Positions 1-10,222 of a DNA stretch of 64,000 nt are shown here, piece by piece. The notes below the pieces were generated by a model that did no database searches, was not told where the DNA came from, and worked only from the letters and a program-made list of their open reading frames with translations. Position 1 is the stretch's first letter; the number at the start of each line of letters is the position of its first letter. The stretch covers positions 160,001 through 224,000 of the forward strand of contig CAWBOS010000011.1 in assembly GCA_963790475.1 (NCBI GenBank). The letters are read 5' to 3'. Both the position numbers and the translations under genes were made by a program. Origin of the DNA: an uncultured delta proteobacterium (GTDB lineage Bacteria > Desulfobacterota > RBG-13-43-22).

Positions 1-702
1 AACGAGAAGGGCGGCAATGCCAGATCCAAAGGCTGTCCTCGATCCTGTGAGAACGATGAAAACGAGCCCCACGAACACGCACACAATGAAAAACCAGCGG
101 CCGCACTTTGCGACCCTGCCGGCGGCGATACCCGTAAGCAGAAACAGAACGCAATTTATCCCTTGATGATTGGGAGAAAGCGTCCCCGCAAACCGATAGC
201 CAGGGACCCAGGGCCGAAACGTGCCGAGGCCGATCTCGCAGGCGATTCCTATCAGGAGAAAGGAAGCGGTAGCAAAGAACACCCAGAGGATTATGTCGCG
301 AAGGGAAAAGTGTTTGCACACGGCCAGAGTACCCAGGCAAAGCATCAACGGTGTCCCCAACCTTCTTAGCGTAAAAGCGGCATCATCTGCCCACGCGACG
401 CTTAAAGACGACCAAACGAGGTTAGACAGAATAAGCCAGCCCAGAACTCCTTTGATTCCAAGACGATTTTGGCCTCTCCGCGTCAGACCAACTACTCCCA
501 AAAGACCCAGCAACGAGAAAACTATGTGGGGGTTGAAATTTCTTTCCATCGACTCGGGAGACCATAAGAGGCCCTCCCGAAGAGAAAACAATAAGTCATG
601 CTGCGCTACGAAAAACACTGCCGCAAGGAGGATATATGTAATCCACCGCACCTTTGCGTTGTGGAGTAATGAGCGCGAGCGTACTACCGTAACATTGCTC
701 AT
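1..702 (-). CDS. O-antigen ligase / Wzy-type polymerase (runs off window start)
   Basis: Hand translation from ATG at 702 stays open to base 1. Hydrophobic, with YRFAGTLSPNHQG and VLTGSRTA motifs; directly downstream of the flippase. Confidence 0.75.
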   Translation of the reverse strand, partial: MSNVTVVRSRSLLHNAKVRWITYILLAAVFFVAQHDLLFSLREGLLWSPESMERNFNPHIVFSLLGLLGVVGLTRRGQNRLGIKGVLGWLILSNLVWSSLSVAWADDAAFTLRRLGTPLMLCLGTLAVCKHFSLRDIILWVFFATASFLLIGIACEIGLGTFRPWVPGYRFAGTLSPNHQGINCVLFLLTGIAAGRVAKCGRWFFIVCVFVGLVFIVLTGSRTAFGSGIAALLV

Positions 703-707
703 CCCAT

Positions 708-2066
708 TTACCGCCGATCCGGGGAGCGGGTGAGCACGGCACACATCACAACCCTCGATACTGATGCCGCGATGTTCGCTATCAGGAGGCCATAGGCTGC
801 CCCGAGAGGTCCCCAAGCCCTTACCAGCCAAAGTCCCAGCGTAAGCAGGACGAATAGAGCGGCGAAGTTAGCCATGAAGTCCACATCCGCCCGCCCCATG
901 GCAAAGAGGGCCCGTGAAAAGGTGAAAGCCGCGGCTGAGACCAGAACGCTCACCGCCAGCACGGCGACCACCATGCCGTTGCCGGCATACTTGGCGCCGT
1001 AAAGGCGGGCCATCAGCGAACCGCCGAAGACCAGTAGTATCAGGCAAAGCGGAATAACTAGAACAGAGTAGGCCATGCTCCCCCTGAGGGCGAACCGCCG
1101 CAGCGCACTACGTCCGCCTTCCGCAAATGAATGCGCTATTCTTGGGCCAAGAAAATTCTGAGCGCCAATCAGCAGCGGATTACCGATAGCAACGATTCCG
1201 AGGCATGCCGCCCACACTCCAGCGGACGCAGTCCCATGAAAACCTGCCAGGAACCATGGGTAGAGGCTCATGCTTAGAGTCCATAGCAAGCCGCTTGCGA
1301 AGACCCACTTCCCGAATGACCAGCCACGACCGAGGTCCAGTACGGCCGTGCTGATTCTCAACGTGAATTCCGTGCGAATCCAGATGAGCCAGGCCAAGGC
1401 GGCCAGGCCGCAGGCGGTGCCAATCACCCAATATGCCCGACTGGCAGACAACACGCCAAGGTAGGCCAGGAGCAAGATTCCGCCGATTTGCCCTACAGCT
1501 ACGCATGAATCCAACAGGAGGGCGGTCCTCATTCGGAGCTGCGCGAAACATATTTGCCGGGCGTAGTCCCGGAGCAGAATAAATGCAATTACCACAGCCA
1601 GTGCCCACACGACAGGCGCCAGCCCTTGGGGCCCCATGCCGAGAGAGAGCACAACTCCCCCTACCGCCAAACAGAGTATTGCCAGGGCAGACATGGCCAA
1701 TTGGTGGATCAGAGTGCTGCCAGTGTAGAGTGCCTGTGCATTCCCCTTCAGCCGAGGGCTGAAAATCATGTACGGCGTCAATATAAGTGACGTCTGCAAG
1801 TTCGTCACATAAAGCATTATGGTCAAGCTGAGCATATAGAGGCCAAATTCCTCTTTTGTGCATGCCCGGCCGATAATGACACCAGTCACGAAGTTAGTCG
1901 TGCTGGCTACGGCTTGGTCAGCCAGCGTGACCAACGCTTTACGCGGTGTTGCCCCTGATAATAAGCCAATACCCATCTGCATCCAATTTTGACGCCGAAT
2001 TTTTGTCCCAGTGCCTTCAAGAATTGGACTTCTTGCCTCCTCAGCGGAATTGCAATCCTCAGTCAA
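708..2066 (-). CDS. wzx: Polysaccharide flippase (Wzx/MATE-like)
   Basis: Polytopic membrane ORF with LADQAVASTTNF N-terminus and GPLGAAYG C-terminal motif; true start may be internal. Confidence 0.8.
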   Translation of the reverse strand: MTEDCNSAEEARSPILEGTGTKIRRQNWMQMGIGLLSGATPRKALVTLADQAVASTTNFVTGVIIGRACTKEEFGLYMLSLTIMLYVTNLQTSLILTPYMIFSPRLKGNAQALYTGSTLIHQLAMSALAILCLAVGGVVLSLGMGPQGLAPVVWALAVVIAFILLRDYARQICFAQLRMRTALLLDSCVAVGQIGGILLLAYLGVLSASRAYWVIGTACGLAALAWLIWIRTEFTLRISTAVLDLGRGWSFGKWVFASGLLWTLSMSLYPWFLAGFHGTASAGVWAACLGIVAIGNPLLIGAQNFLGPRIAHSFAEGGRSALRRFALRGSMAYSVLVIPLCLILLVFGGSLMARLYGAKYAGNGMVVAVLAVSVLVSAAAFTFSRALFAMGRADVDFMANFAALFVLLTLGLWLVRAWGPLGAAYGLLIANIAASVSRVVMCAVLTRSPDRR

Positions 2067-2186
2067 GTCTGAAATCCTAAATTGTCTCTGCAGGAACCAG
2101 GGGCGTTGTTGAATTAGTTGAATTGTGACAAACGGCGTAGAGCTGTTTGGTCTATCTAGTCTGTTGGTTGATCTAATTGATCCAGG

Positions 2187-2306
2187 CTATTGGGTTTGGG
2201 TCAGATACCAAGCGTAGGTATCTTTGATGCCGTTAACAAAATCTACTTTGGGAATCCAGCCTAAATCACGAATCTTCCCAATATCCAACAATTTTTGAGG
2301 GGTACC
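2187..2306 (-). pseudogene. Second, diverged 3' end of GDP-L-fucose synthase (39 aa)
   Basis: Translates [39 protein letters not shown], paralogous to the fcl tail at about 2579-2698. Confidence 0.85.
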
Positions 2307-2578
2307 GTGTAATCCGGGACATCGGTTATAAGTTGCATAACTCGTACTTGGCGCCTTGGTTAGGAGAAAGCTTGAACCGCTAAGGCGCTAAGGGCGCGAA
2401 GGGGGCGCTAAGTTAGCCTGCGGATTCTGATCTGATTATGATAAAGAACTTTTTGGCACGGATTACACGGATGGACACGGCTACTCTCTGTCATTTCTCA
2501 ATAAAACGGGTACTCGTTTTATTGAGACCGGCTGTCCGCCAAGGGGCGGAGACAGAAAAAAGACTTGCAACTGCCCGT

Positions 2579-3649
2579 TCACGTGGTCTGGGAGAGATAC
2601 CAGGCATAGGTGCTTTTTATACCTTCTTCAAAATTTAATTTAGGGGTCCAGCCTAATTCTTTGAGTTTACTTATATCCAAAAGTTTTTGAGGGGTGCCAT
2701 CGGGTTTGGTGGAATCAAAGACAATTTCAGCTTCGGGATAGAACTATATCCCGGACCATTTCGGCCAATTCTTTAATGGTTTGATCTTCTCCTATTCCCA
2801 CATTGATATGATTCGCATCTTCCCAGTTTTCCATAATAAATGTACATGCATCGGCTAAATCATCCACATGAAGGAATTCGCGGCGGGCGGAGCCGGTGCC
2901 CCAAATAGTGACCTTAGGTCCGTCTTTTTGGTTCATTTGGTTTATTGGGTTTATTTTGTCATTTGATCGTGTTGAATTATTTACTGTTTGAAGTTTTCGG
3001 GAAGAGGGCCAAAAATTGCTTCGTCCCGCTGGAGGCCTTCCCAGTCACTCTGGGCAGCAAGTTTAGCCAGGTGAAATTTACGGATCAGGGCCGGGAGCAC
3101 GTGGGAACTGATCAGGTCAAAATTATCGTTCGGCCCGTAGAGATTGGTGGGCATGGCTGAAATAAAATTACAGCCATACTGTTTTCGATAAGCCTGACAG
3201 AGTTTGATTCCGGCTATTTTAGCTATGGCATAAGGTTCATTGGTCGGCTCGAGGTAATTGCCGAGAAGGTATTCCTCCCGCATGGGTTGAGGGCACTCCC
3301 GGGGATAAATGCAGGAACTGCCCAGGTAAAGGAGTTTTTTTACTTTATAGAGATGGGCGGCATGAACCACAGTGGCATGGATCATCATGTTGTCGTAGAT
3401 AAACTCGGCCGGCCGGGTGGCGTTGGCCCAGATGCCGCCCACGGTCCCGGCCACCAGGAAGACGTATTCCGGGCGGTTGGCCTTGAACCAATAGTTGACG
3501 GCCGCCTGGTCGCGCAGATCAAGTTGGTCTCGGGAGGCGGTCAGCAGGTTGGTATGGCCGGCCTTCTCCAGGACGTGGAGGATGGCCGAGCCGACAAGGC
3601 CGCGATGGCCCGCAACATAGATGCGGGCGGATTTAGGGATGGAGGTCAT
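2579..3649 (-). CDS. fcl: GDP-L-fucose synthase with two apparent 1-nt frameshifts (about 2985 and 2742)
   Basis: [14 protein letters not shown] and [11 protein letters not shown] motifs. Continues in shifted frames as [20 protein letters not shown] and [23 protein letters not shown]...SQTT*. Confidence 0.9.
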
Positions 3650-3729
3650 AACGCAATTCCTCTTTTCTGAATGGTCACTATTTATATTTCAAAGTTCAAT
3701 GCTAAAAATTCAAAGGTAAATCAAGTTCC

Positions 3730-4815
3730 TCAATATCCTCTTCGCTTCACTTTTTCAAGATCGGATCTGACCATCATGCGGGCTAATTGATCAAACTTTA
3801 CTTTGGGTTCCCAGCCCAACTTCTTTTTAGCTTTCATCGGGTTTCCCATGAGGATATCGACCTCCGTCGGCCGATAATAAATTGGGTCAATACGAATAAT
3901 AATGTCTCCTGGTTGAAGCTGAGATCCTGTTAGTTCAAGGTTGTCGGACATAAAACTGGTAATTATGCCGACCTCTTCGACACCGGAATTCTGCCACTCG
4001 ATTTCCATCCCCAATTCACTGAAGGCTACTGAAATAAATTCCCTAACGCTGTGACTCTCTCCGGTGGCAATCACATAGTCCTCGGGTTGATTCTGCTGTA
4101 GCATGAGCCACATGGCTTCTACATATTCAGGGGCATATCCCCAATCTCTCTTGGCATCCAGATTCCCCAGGGTTAAGCAGTCCTGAAAACCCGTCCGGAT
4201 TCGGGCTGCGGCACGGGTGATCTTTCGGGTAACAAAAGTTTCACCTCGACGAGGGGATTCGTGATTAAAGAGAATCCCGTTGCAGGCGAAAATATTATAG
4301 GCTTCCCTATAATTGATCACAATCCAGTAGCCATACACCTTGGCCACACCATAAGGAGATCTTGGATAAAAAGGAGTCGTCTCCGATTGTGGTATTTCCA
4401 AGACTTTGCCGAAAAGTTCACTGGTCGAGGCCTGGTAGAAACGGGTATTCAAACCAATTTCCTTTATAGCATCCAGAAATCTCAAAGTGCCCACGGCATC
4501 CACTTCTGCCGTGTATTCTGGAACTTCAAAGGAAACCCGGACATGACTTTGGGCGGCCAGATTATAAATCTCATCAGGCTGAACCCGCTCCAAGATACGA
4601 TTCAGATTGCTGGAATCAGTCAGATCCCCATAATGGGTAAACAGTTTTTTGTCGAAAATTTCAGGATTGTTGTAGAGATGGTCAATCCGGGCGGTATTGA
4701 AGGAGCTACTCCGGCGAATAATCCCGTGGACTTCATAGCCTTTATTAAGGAGCAGTTCGGTTAAATAGGACCCGTCTTGGCCGGTGATGCCGGTGATTAG
4801 AGCAACCTTAGGCAC
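3730..4815 (-). CDS. gmd: GDP-mannose 4,6-dehydratase
   Basis: [26 protein letters not shown] and [16 protein letters not shown] motifs. Confidence 0.97.
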   Translation of the reverse strand: MPKVALITGITGQDGSYLTELLLNKGYEVHGIIRRSSSFNTARIDHLYNNPEIFDKKLFTHYGDLTDSSNLNRILERVQPDEIYNLAAQSHVRVSFEVPEYTAEVDAVGTLRFLDAIKEIGLNTRFYQASTSELFGKVLEIPQSETTPFYPRSPYGVAKVYGYWIVINYREAYNIFACNGILFNHESPRRGETFVTRKITRAAARIRTGFQDCLTLGNLDAKRDWGYAPEYVEAMWLMLQQNQPEDYVIATGESHSVREFISVAFSELGMEIEWQNSGVEEVGIITSFMSDNLELTGSQLQPGDIIIRIDPIYYRPTEVDILMGNPMKAKKKLGWEPKVKFDQLARMMVRSDLEKVKRRGY

Positions 4816-4922
4816 TTAGATTACCTCGGATTAGCATCAGGGGAAAGGGGGACGTTCTTTCCGAAATTGAATTTTATCTGTTCATGGTGTTTCATGAAAC
4901 TAACTTGAACCGCGAAGGTGGC

Positions 4923-5063
4923 TTAGGTCAATCGGGTGCGAAAATAGCCGATGGTCTCCTGCAGCCCTTCTTCCAACTCCACGTCAGGCCCCCAGCTCAA
5001 ATATTTTTGGGCGAGGGTAATGTCGGGTTTTCGTTGGATCGGGTCGTCCTGGGGCAGGGGCTT
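4923..5063 (-). pseudogene. 3' tail of UDP-glucuronate decarboxylase-like SDR, copy 1
   Basis: [42 protein letters not shown] is a typical UXS C-terminus. Upstream sequence is repeat-derived, not coding. Confidence 0.8.
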
Positions 5064-5234
5064 TTTTGAGCCCGGCCGTCCGCCGGGGGCGGAACTAAAA
5101 AAAAAGCAAAAGACAAAGACATTTTTGGCACGGATTACGCGGATGGACACGGTTACTACCTTTCAATTCTCAAGAAATCGGGGAAGCGATTTCTTGAGCA
5201 CTGCCGTCTGCAGGAGCGGAATATGAAATGTTCC

Positions 5235-5468
5235 TTAAGTATTAATAAGGAACGAGAGATACCTTTCAACCGATAGACCGATAACTTTCATGTTATTCCT
5301 TATGATGAATACCGGAATTTCTTTATATTTTGGGATGACGACCGGGCGTTTAGCGCCGGGGAAATGATAAACCAGATGATCGCCCTGGGTTCGAACATAG
5401 GAACAACCGGCCGCTTCAAATATTTTAACCTGCGTCCGGTAGTCGGTGGGTTTGATTCCAGACGTCAT
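5235..5468 (-). CDS. hicA: HicA-family toxin
   Basis: 77 aa, RTQGDHLVY...RPVVIP; TAATG overlap with the upstream HicB-like gene. Confidence 0.8.
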   Translation of the reverse strand: MTSGIKPTDYRTQVKIFEAAGCSYVRTQGDHLVYHFPGAKRPVVIPKYKEIPVFIIRNNMKVIGLSVERYLSFLINT

Positions 5469-6048
5469 TATATGGCGACTTCTATCGGGGTAAAACCAAC
5501 CAGCTCTTTTCTAATAGAAAAAATTCCTTGATTTTCATCGAACCCGGCCTCCTGTAGGAGGTTTCCCAACGTTCCAATCTTTTGAGCCTCTTCCAGATTG
5601 ATTAATATAACTTCCCCCAGATTCTTTTTAGCCTGATCGATCGTTTCTCCGCAGGAGGCTATATCGAGCTCCGGACAATAGGAGACATACATATTTCCTT
5701 CTTTCCATAATTCTTCCGTCAGTTTAAGCTTCATAGACCTCTCCTATTTCCTAAAATTCTTAGTCTATTATACTCCATTTAGGAACTAATGGGAAGAGAA
5801 CAGGTATTTTCTGTCTGGTCCATATGGTCGATTGGGTTCATTGAGTCCATTGAGTTGCTTGGGTTTGTCGGGTTGTTCAGATGCTCATAGCTGATAGCTC
5901 ATTGGAAAACCAGGAAACAATTTTTTGGCACGGGTCCGGCTGGGCCGGACACACGGATGGATACGGTTAGTGCTAAGCTTTTCTCCAGAAGTCAGGCAGG
6001 TGATTTCAGGAGACCGGCTGTCCGCCGGGGACGGAAAAGAGACAAATA
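5391..6048. repeat. ~660 bp near-identical duplication (other copy 7510-8167)
   Basis: Direct comparison at offset 2119; includes hicB, the 5' part of hicA and one R1 unit. Confidence 0.9.
5468..5734 (-). CDS. hicB: HicB-family antitoxin, copy 1
   Basis: YVSYCPELDIASCGETIDQAKKNL motif. Confidence 0.85.
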   Translation of the reverse strand: MKLKLTEELWKEGNMYVSYCPELDIASCGETIDQAKKNLGEVILINLEEAQKIGTLGNLLQEAGFDENQGIFSIRKELVGFTPIEVAI

Positions 6049-6251
6049 GAAAAGATAGAATCTATTCTTGGCACGGATTTCACGGATGACACGGCCAACC
6101 ACTTGGCTAATCAAGAACTCGGGGAGCCGATTTCTTGAGGACTGCCGTCCACCGCGGACGGAAAAGAGACAAATACAAAAGCTAAAGGAATTTTTTGGCA
6201 CGGATTACGCGGATGGACACGGTTACCAACTCAAACTTCTTCAGAAATCGG

Positions 6252-6650
6252 CTAATCGATTTCTGAAGACCGGTTGTCTGCCGAAGCCGGAGTTAAGACT
6301 TTTCGTTTGATATCAGCTCGTTCCCCGAAGTTGATCAATAGCCCTACCTCCAGGCCGGTGGCCTTCAAGTAATTAACCAACTGGGTCTCATGGGCCGGAT
6401 GGAGTTCTTTAACTGATTTGAGTTCCAGGATTATCCGGTCTTCCACCAGGATATCAACTAAGTATTCCCCGACGACCATGCCGTCATAAGAAACTTGGAT
6501 GGGAGTTTCCCTGAATGCCTTCAGGCCGTTCTTTTCCAGTTCGATGAGAAGAGCATTCTGGTAGACATTTTCCAGAAAGCCAAAGCCCAGGGTTTTGTGG
6601 ACCTTATAGACGCATTGGATGATCCGGCCGGTTATGTCCTGGTGTTTCAT
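6252..6650 (-). CDS. GxxExxY protein (PD-(D/E)XK-like), copy 1
   Basis: GFLENVY motif, DILVE...ELKSV, QLVNYLKATG...GLLINFG. Confidence 0.92.
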   Translation of the reverse strand: MKHQDITGRIIQCVYKVHKTLGFGFLENVYQNALLIELEKNGLKAFRETPIQVSYDGMVVGEYLVDILVEDRIILELKSVKELHPAHETQLVNYLKATGLEVGLLINFGERADIKRKVLTPASADNRSSEID

Positions 6651-6720
6651 TTTATTGACAGGCAGTAAATTAAGTTAAAGAAATTTTGGCACGGATTACG
6701 CGGATGGACACGGCCAACTG

Positions 6721-6805
6721 GGCATGGAGCATAGAGCATAGGGCATGGAGCAACAAACCGGCAGAGGGCCTCTTGGCATAGAGCATAGAGCATGGAGCAT
6801 GGAGC
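6721..6805. repeat. Heptamer tandem repeat GCAT(A/G)G(A/G)
   Basis: GGCATGGAGCATAGAGCATAGGGCATGGAGC...; similar tracts near 8933-9040, 10691-10745, 12637-12690 and 15306-15355. Confidence 0.85.
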
Positions 6806-6823
6806 AAAAAGCCAAGGGCAACA

Positions 6824-6940
6824 TCACTTGAGGGATCGTTGGAACATGGTGATCTGCCTACAAAGCCTGTCCAGTTCACTTAGAAGATTTTCCAACATTT
6901 CTTTGGACAAAAGGGATCTTCTTTCCAATAGGATCAATAT
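6824..6940 (-). pseudogene. C-terminal fragment of four-helix-bundle (23S IVS-like) protein
   Basis: ILILLERRSLLSKEMLENLLSELDRLCRQITMFQRSLK*; family assignment by recall. Confidence 0.6.
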
Positions 6941-7257
6941 CAATGTTCTTCCGATTTCATGGATAGAATTCTTTTCAGGGCGATTTGATAGACCTCCAGG
7001 TCTTCTCTCTTGTCGATAGCAATCACCCTGATAATGTTTTCAATTTCCTTATAAACAATCCTAATGCGCTTCTTGTCGGCGTATAATTTAAAATATCCTT
7101 CAAGGTTTATTCCAGCTTTGTTACCCAGAGGATTTCCGTACTTTGGATTCAGCTCCAGCTTGACAAGCTGTTTCAAAACTTGCTTTCTTACACTGCCTTC
7201 CAGCCGGTTAAAGTCTGCCTGGGCCTCCAGTGTCAGTTCAACCTTCCAGGTCGGCAC
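6940..7257 (-). CDS. RelE/ParE-family toxin
   Basis: WKVELT...GNPLG...IRIVYKE...VIAIDKRE; overlaps the upstream small gene. Confidence 0.85.
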   Translation of the reverse strand: MPTWKVELTLEAQADFNRLEGSVRKQVLKQLVKLELNPKYGNPLGNKAGINLEGYFKLYADKKRIRIVYKEIENIIRVIAIDKREDLEVYQIALKRILSMKSEEH

Positions 7258-7456
7258 GAGTCAATCCCTCAGCCTTTAATAAGTCGTCAAGATTTACTGT
7301 TGATTCACCGTCTTTGCGTTCTTCAATGATTCCGGCCAAGTAGGCGTGTTCAAGAATGTCCTTCGCTTTCTCAGTCCGTTCCCACTCATCGAAAGGTATA
7401 ATTGCCGCAGTCCTCTTGCCTTGTTGATCTGTGATAAATTGTATTTCCATTACCAA
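7238..7456 (-). CDS. Antitoxin partner of the RelE toxin
   Basis: IQFITDQQGKRTAAIIPFDEWE; small acidic protein overlapping the toxin start. Confidence 0.75.
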   Translation of the reverse strand: MVMEIQFITDQQGKRTAAIIPFDEWERTEKAKDILEHAYLAGIIEERKDGESTVNLDDLLKAEGLTRADLEG

Positions 7457-7509
7457 CCTCCATCTAATTAAACGGTGTCCTGTTTACCTCGAATTTGTAT
7501 AAAAGTTGA

Positions 7510-7587
7510 TCGAGCATAGGAACAACCGGCCGCTTCAAATATTTTAACCTGCGTCCGGTAGTCGGTGGGTTTGATTCCAGACGTCAT
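7510..7587 (-). pseudogene. Truncated hicA (first ~26 codons)
   Basis: Matches 5391-5468, then the similarity breaks off. Confidence 0.85.
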
Positions 7588-7853
7588 TATATGGCGACTT
7601 CTATCGGGGTAAAACCAACCAGCTCTTTTCTAATAGAAAAAATTCCTTGATTTTCATCGAACCCGGCCTCCTGTAGGAGGTTTCCCAACGTTCCAATCTT
7701 TTGAGCCTCTTCCAGATTGATTAATATAACTTCCCCCAGATTCTTTTTAGCCTGATCGATCGTTTCTCCGCAGGAGGCTATATCGAGCTCCGGACAATAG
7801 GAGACATACATATTTCCTTCTTTCCATAATTCTTCCGTCAGTTTAAGCTTCAT
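7587..7853 (-). CDS. hicB: HicB-family antitoxin, copy 2
   Basis: Protein identical to 5468-5734. Confidence 0.85.
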   Translation of the reverse strand: MKLKLTEELWKEGNMYVSYCPELDIASCGETIDQAKKNLGEVILINLEEAQKIGTLGNLLQEAGFDENQGIFSIRKELVGFTPIEVAI

Positions 7854-8474
7854 AGACCTCTCCTATTTCCTAAAATTCTTAGTCTATTATACTCCATTTA
7901 GGAACTAATGGGAAGAGAACAGGTATTTTCTGTCTGGTCCATATGGTCGATTGGGTTCATTGAGTCCATTGAGTTGCTTGGGTTTGTCGGGTTGTTCAGA
8001 TGCTCATAGCTGATAGCTCATTGGAAAACCAGGAAACAATTTTTTGGCACGGGTCCGGCTGGGCCGGACACACGGATGGATACGGTTAGTGCTAAGCTTT
8101 TCTCCAGAAGTCAGGCAGGTGATTTCAGGAGACCGGCTGTCCGCCGGGGACGGAAAAGAGACAAATACAAAAGCTAAAGGAATTTTTTGGCACGGATTGC
8201 ACGGATGGACACGGTTACTGCCTTTCAATTTCTCAAGAAATCGGAACTCGATTTCTTGAGGACTATACTGTCCCCGAGTACCCGGAAAAAATCTAATACA
8301 AAAGCTAATAAACATTTTAGGCACGGGTCCGCTGGGCCGGACACACGGATGGACACGGTTAATGCCAAGCTTTTCTCCAGAAATCAGGAAGCTGATTTCA
8401 GGAGACCGGCTGCCCGCCGGGAGCGGAAAAAAATGCAAAAGACAAGGGTTTCCTTTTGGCACGGATGACGCGGG

Positions 8475-8861
8475 TTACACGGTTAAAGGATCTTGGGACG
8501 GAGTTAAGACTTTTCGTTTGATATCAGCTCGTTCCCCGAAGTTGATCAATAGCCCTACCTCCAGGCCGGTGGCCTTCAAGTAATTAACCAACTGGGTCTC
8601 ATGGGCCGGATGGAGTTCTTTAACTGATTTGAGTTCCAGGATTATCCGGTCTTCCACCAGGATATCAACTAAGTATTCCCCGACGACCATGCCGTCATAA
8701 GAAACTTGGATGGGAGTTTCCCTGAATGCCTTCAGGCCGTTCTTTTCCAGTTCGATGAGAAGAGCATTCTGGTAGACATTTTCCAGAAAGCCAAAGCCCA
8801 GGGTTTTGTGGACCTTATAGACGCATTGGATGATCCGGCCGGTTATGTCCTGGTGTTTCAT
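8475..8861 (-). CDS. GxxExxY protein, copy 2
   Basis: Identical to copy 1 up to KVLTP, then a different tail SQDPLTV that ends inside an R1 copy. Confidence 0.92.
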   Translation of the reverse strand: MKHQDITGRIIQCVYKVHKTLGFGFLENVYQNALLIELEKNGLKAFRETPIQVSYDGMVVGEYLVDILVEDRIILELKSVKELHPAHETQLVNYLKATGLEVGLLINFGERADIKRKVLTPSQDPLTV

Positions 8862-9044
8862 TTTATTGACAGGCAGTAAATTAAGTTAAAGAAATTTTGG
8901 CACGGATTGCACGGATGGACACGGATACTGGGGGCATAGAGCATAGAGTATAGGGCTAACAAACCGGCAGAGGGCCTATTGGCAAAGAGCATGGAGCAGA
9001 GGGCCTATTGGCATAGGGCAGAGAGCATAGGGCAAAGAGCAAAA

Positions 9045-9140
9045 TCATTTAAGGGACCGTTGGAACATGGTGATCTGTCTGCAAAGCCTGTCCAGTTCAG
9101 TTAGAAGATTTTCAGACTTCCAGTTATTCAATATTTTTGG
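9045..9140 (-). pseudogene. Second C-terminal fragment of four-helix-bundle protein
   Basis: ENLLTELDRLCRQITMFQRSLK*, homologous to 6824-6890. Confidence 0.6.
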
Positions 9141-9555
9141 CCCTATCGGACAATCCCCCACTAAACGGGGTTTGATTCTCCCATCTCCCGGCCTCTTCGA
9201 TAACTTCCCGGATTGAAGGTTTTTCAGAGGCAACCACCTTTGTTTGTGTATGCTTGTGGTGGGGAAATGTTTCAAATTCTGCGAAATGAGGTGTGTTATC
9301 ATAACGAAATAAAGTATGATTATCTAAATTCTGAAAATGATATCGATAACCCAAGGGGGATATTGATTCCTCGATCACGACAACCGCCTCGCTTATCTCT
9401 ATCGTTGCCCCACTCTTAAAGCGGATCCGTAAACGAAGGTTAATCCTCTTTGAACTTAAAACCTCCTCCTCATATCTTTCAACATAAACACCTGCCAAAC
9501 GAGAAACAACATCCTCAATCTCCCTCAAATATTGTTTAAGAGAATCATGCAGCAT
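9124..9555 (-). CDS. DUF6516/TumE-like putative toxin
   Basis: YRYHFQ...FRYDNTPH...FPHHKH motif; the last ~20 aa look like read-through into foreign DNA. Confidence 0.7.
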   Translation of the reverse strand: MLHDSLKQYLREIEDVVSRLAGVYVERYEEEVLSSKRINLRLRIRFKSGATIEISEAVVVIEESISPLGYRYHFQNLDNHTLFRYDNTPHFAEFETFPHHKHTQTKVVASEKPSIREVIEEAGRWENQTPFSGGLSDRAKNIE

Positions 9556-9775
9556 GCTGTAGCCGCTCTTCTATCTCCCCGCGCATTGCCAAGTAATGCT
9601 GATAGTCATTTGACCACTCAACAAATTTTTCGGAATCCTCCAGATTCCCCTTGGTGTATTGATCAAAGAAATCCTCGGAATCCATTCCATATCCACTTTC
9701 AAATATCGCTAGACGCTTTGCCAATGCCACTAGCGCATCGACTCCCGTACTGTATTGGATGGTCTTTTTTTTCAT
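9545..9775 (-). CDS. TumA-like antitoxin
   Basis: FESGYGMDSEDFFDQYTKGNLEDSEKFVEW; overlaps the toxin start. Confidence 0.65.
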   Translation of the reverse strand: MKKKTIQYSTGVDALVALAKRLAIFESGYGMDSEDFFDQYTKGNLEDSEKFVEWSNDYQHYLAMRGEIEERLQHAA

Positions 9776-9966
9776 GTCCCCGATCTTTCTTTTAAAATTT
9801 ATTCAATTTTCCCTATCCTAATAAATTGTAGATCAGTTCTCCTGAAAGGTCAAAGGGAAAAGCGGCTGGGCACGGTCACCTGGCAGAAAAGGGGGACGTT
9901 CATTCCGAAATTGGATTGTATATGTTCATGGTGTTTCATGAAACTAACTTGAACCGCGAAGGTGGC

Positions 9967-10104
9967 TTAGGTCAATCGGGTGCGAAAATAGCCGATGGTC
10001 TCCTGCCCTTCTTCCAACTCCACGTCAGGCCCCCAGCTCAAATATTTTTGGGCGAGGGTAATGTCAGGTTTTCGTTGGATCGGGGCGTCCTGGGGCAGGG
10101 GCTT
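9967..10104 (-). pseudogene. 3' tail of UDP-glucuronate decarboxylase-like SDR, copy 2
   Basis: Near-identical to 4923-5063 (one codon deleted, D to A). The flank 9890-10196 matches 4846-5156. Confidence 0.8.
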
Positions 10105-10222
10105 TTTTGAGCCCGGCCGTCCGCCGGGGGCGGAACTAAAAAAAAAGCAAAAGACAAAAACATTTTTGGCACGGATTACGCGGATGGACACGGTTACCAA
10201 CTCAAACTTCTTCAGAAATCGG

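Noticed and set aside
5921-8485. R1 tandems as a CRISPR array
   Set aside because: Intervals are 120-1300 bp, the intervening sequences are homologous hairpin units or genes rather than unique spacers, and no cas genes are present.
6824-9140. Diversity-generating retroelement suggested by Avd-like fold fragments and near-identical repeats
   Set aside because: No reverse transcriptase is present, and differences between copies do not look adenine-specific.
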